A DNA stretch of 6,560 nucleotides from Candidatus Iainarchaeum sp. (GTDB lineage Archaea; Iainarchaeota; Iainarchaeia; Iainarchaeales; 0-14-0-20-30-16): NCBI GenBank assembly GCA_903916665.1, contig CAIWXP010000058.1, positions 1 through 6,560 of the forward strand, given 5' to 3'. The first letter of the stretch is position 1. Each line of letters opens with the position of its first letter. This document shows, one piece after another, positions 5,060 to 6,560 of this stretch. Under the pieces are notes generated by a model. It saw only the letters and a list, made by a program, of their open reading frames with translations. It ran no database searches and was not told the DNA's origin. Made by a program: the position numbers and the translations under genes.

Positions 5060-6202
5060 TCACAAAATCTTATGTATTTTAATATAATCTGAGAATTCAG
5101 TTCTTTTTATTATTCCCAATAATTCTTTACTTGAAGGACTAACAACAGGAATAACTTCCAAATCCTTTGCAACCATGTATTGGGCAACATAGGCTAGATT
5201 TTCTTTATCTGTAACACTGTCAACACCTTTAGCAACAGAACCCACCTTTGTAGTAGGCCAGTAGAGTTTATTTACCTTGGATATGATCTCAACATCAATA
5301 ATACCATATTTGCTGTCTCCATAGTCAACAACTGCATCTGGATTCATTGTTTTTTTCATTTCTTTAAAAACATCAGTAATAAATAAATCACTTTTAAATA
5401 TTAATTCAACAGGTATCATAAAAGATCTTACAGATTTGCCTTCCAATACACGAAGGATTTCATACTCTCTTAATTCCTTTACTGTTGAATAATAAATAAA
5501 CAAACCAATCAAAATTATTATAATATCCCAAAAGAACAATCCCGCCAATATTACAATTAAAGCAATTATTTTACTTATAGCTGGAACTATTTTATTTGCA
5601 GAATATTGACCAAATATCAAAGTTAGCACTGCTTTTGCTAATCTACCTCCATCCATGGGCATGGCAAAAATAAACATATTAAAGCAAAATAACAAAAAAG
5701 CAATCCAAAATAAAAAGAAAACAGGAAATTGCATTATTGTAAAATCAAAGGTTTGGGCAGTTAGTGTATTTTGTAGTATAACAGTTTCTGGCCAATAACT
5801 AGCTAAAACTGTCAAACCCAAAAAAACAAAGAATACCATTAAAATAAAATATACAAATAACCCCGAAAATGCATATAAAAATTCCTGTTTAGCATTATCA
5901 AAATCTTTACCAAATATTTTTTTAGTACCAAAGGGATAGATAATAAATTTTCTTAATTTAAGCGTAAATAAATGTGCAACTCCTATTTGCATCAAGTCAT
6001 GAAGCAAAATAAACACAATAAATGCAATAAAAAGCAAAACCACAAATAGACTTTTCATGCTATGAAAAATTATTAATCCTAGCAATAATCCTAAAATAAA
6101 GAAAATTAATGTAGAATCAATTTCAACTATGCCAAACTTCAAGCTAAACTTAGGCAGATTTGTATCCCCAAAAGGAGCCTTAAGCTTAGCCAAGAAAGAC
6201 AT
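5060..6202 (-). CDS. M50 / site-2-protease-family membrane protein with C-terminal tandem CBS domains; HExxH motif degenerate
   Basis: The architecture matches archaeal S2P-CBS proteins: multiple TM helices, the third-ligand motif FNMFIFAMPMDGGRL (NxxPxxxxDG type, D184 at 5651-5653) and a CBS pair in the last 130 aa or so (VRSFMIPVE...GIIDVEII... and ...VIPVVSPSSKELLGIIKRTE). At the position of HELGH the sequence reads HDLMQ (5987-6001). An SD-like AAGGTAAT precedes the ATG at 6202. Confidence 0.88.
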   Translation of the reverse strand: MSFLAKLKAPFGDTNLPKFSLKFGIVEIDSTLIFFILGLLLGLIIFHSMKSLFVVLLFIAFIVFILLHDLMQIGVAHLFTLKLRKFIIYPFGTKKIFGKDFDNAKQEFLYAFSGLFVYFILMVFFVFLGLTVLASYWPETVILQNTLTAQTFDFTIMQFPVFFLFWIAFLLFCFNMFIFAMPMDGGRLAKAVLTLIFGQYSANKIVPAISKIIALIVILAGLFFWDIIIILIGLFIYYSTVKELREYEILRVLEGKSVRSFMIPVELIFKSDLFITDVFKEMKKTMNPDAVVDYGDSKYGIIDVEIISKVNKLYWPTTKVGSVAKGVDSVTDKENLAYVAQYMVAKDLEVIPVVSPSSKELLGIIKRTEFSDYIKIHKIL

Positions 6203-6214
6203 AATATTACCTTA

Positions 6215-6505
6215 CTATAAAGTTTCTATTTCCAAACCCTTGGTTGTTTTCAAACAAACATTAATTATAAAACCAATTATATATGCCAAAATAAACATTA
6301 TTATTGGAACTAAAATCAATTGTGCCACTGCGCCCAATACCCAAGCACTCCATGTAGTAGCCTGCGCAACCATGTAGCTTTTACCAGTTACCGCTCTTAA
6401 AACCAAATCAACTACCAAAGTAATGAAAGTTAAAAGAAGCCCATACATTGTCAAAAATTTAGCCAATGAAAAGTACTTTATTTTTGAAATTATTATTCCT
6501 GTCAT
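6215..6505 (-). CDS. small integral membrane protein (96 aa, 2-3 TM segments), function unknown
   Basis: Hydrophobic segments are MYGLLLTFITLVVDLVL and WSAWVLGAVAQLILVPIIMFILAYIIGFIINV. GGAGGG (plus-strand CCCTCC 6513-6518) lies 7 nt upstream of the ATG at 6505. The stop is 12 nt before the S2P-like start, so this is the first gene of the minus-strand operon. Confidence 0.62.
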   Translation of the reverse strand: MTGIIISKIKYFSLAKFLTMYGLLLTFITLVVDLVLRAVTGKSYMVAQATTWSAWVLGAVAQLILVPIIMFILAYIIGFIINVCLKTTKGLEIETL

Positions 6506-6560
6506 TTATAAACCCTCCAATAATACCCTATTTATAAAAGCCTTGTTATAAATATAATAA
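6506..6560 (-). promoter_or_regulatory. putative promoter and RBS of the minus-strand operon
   Basis: On the minus strand the order is TTATATTTATAA (6546-6557), CTTTTATAAATA (6529-6540), then the GGAGGG SD (6513-6518) and the ATG. Either TATA-like box could be functional. The distal box would leave the SD within the transcript. Confidence 0.35.

Noticed and set aside
6129-6377. Plus-strand 82-aa ORF spanning the S2P-like / small-membrane-protein junction
   Set aside because: It is antisense to two supported genes and crosses their junction. It has no RBS and no recognisable motif.
1-6560. CRISPR arrays, transposases, integrases, toxin-antitoxin or known defence genes
   Set aside because: I found no spaced direct repeats, and no ORF carries a recognisable nuclease, recombinase or defence motif. 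The window looks like core, housekeeping-type archaeal genome apart from the items listed as findings.

Overview
The window is strongly AT-rich and gene-dense, with nine credible CDSs. Gene junctions are short or overlapping, several starts have Shine-Dalgarno-like motifs (AGGTGAT, GGAGGG, GGGGGAG), and the intergenic DNA carries TATA-like boxes. The recognisable genes are an NMD3-family four-CxxC zinc protein, an AMMECR1-family protein, an M50/site-2-protease homologue with a C-terminal CBS pair, a PAP2 phosphatase and an XRE-type HTH protein. This content points to an archaeon with a small, streamlined genome; a DPANN-like lineage is my inference, not a demonstrated fact. I see no rRNA, tRNA, CRISPR array, transposase, integrase or recognisable defence gene. 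Two things stand out. (1) The only long intergenic gap (3912-4114, between convergent genes) is filled almost base-for-base by four perfect or near-perfect hairpins enclosed by a roughly 20-bp long-range stem, plus a competing terminal hairpin. It could be a structured ncRNA, a 3' UTR element or a MITE-like palindromic element, and I cannot assign it to a known family. (2) A tightly coupled minus-strand operon encodes a small membrane protein, the S2P/CBS homologue, a single-pass TM protein with a charged repeat tail, and AMMECR1. In it the S2P HExxH motif reads HDLMQ and the AMMECR1 LRGCIG motif reads IRAMAG, so both signature motifs are degenerate. All functional calls come from reading motifs by eye; no database search was possible.
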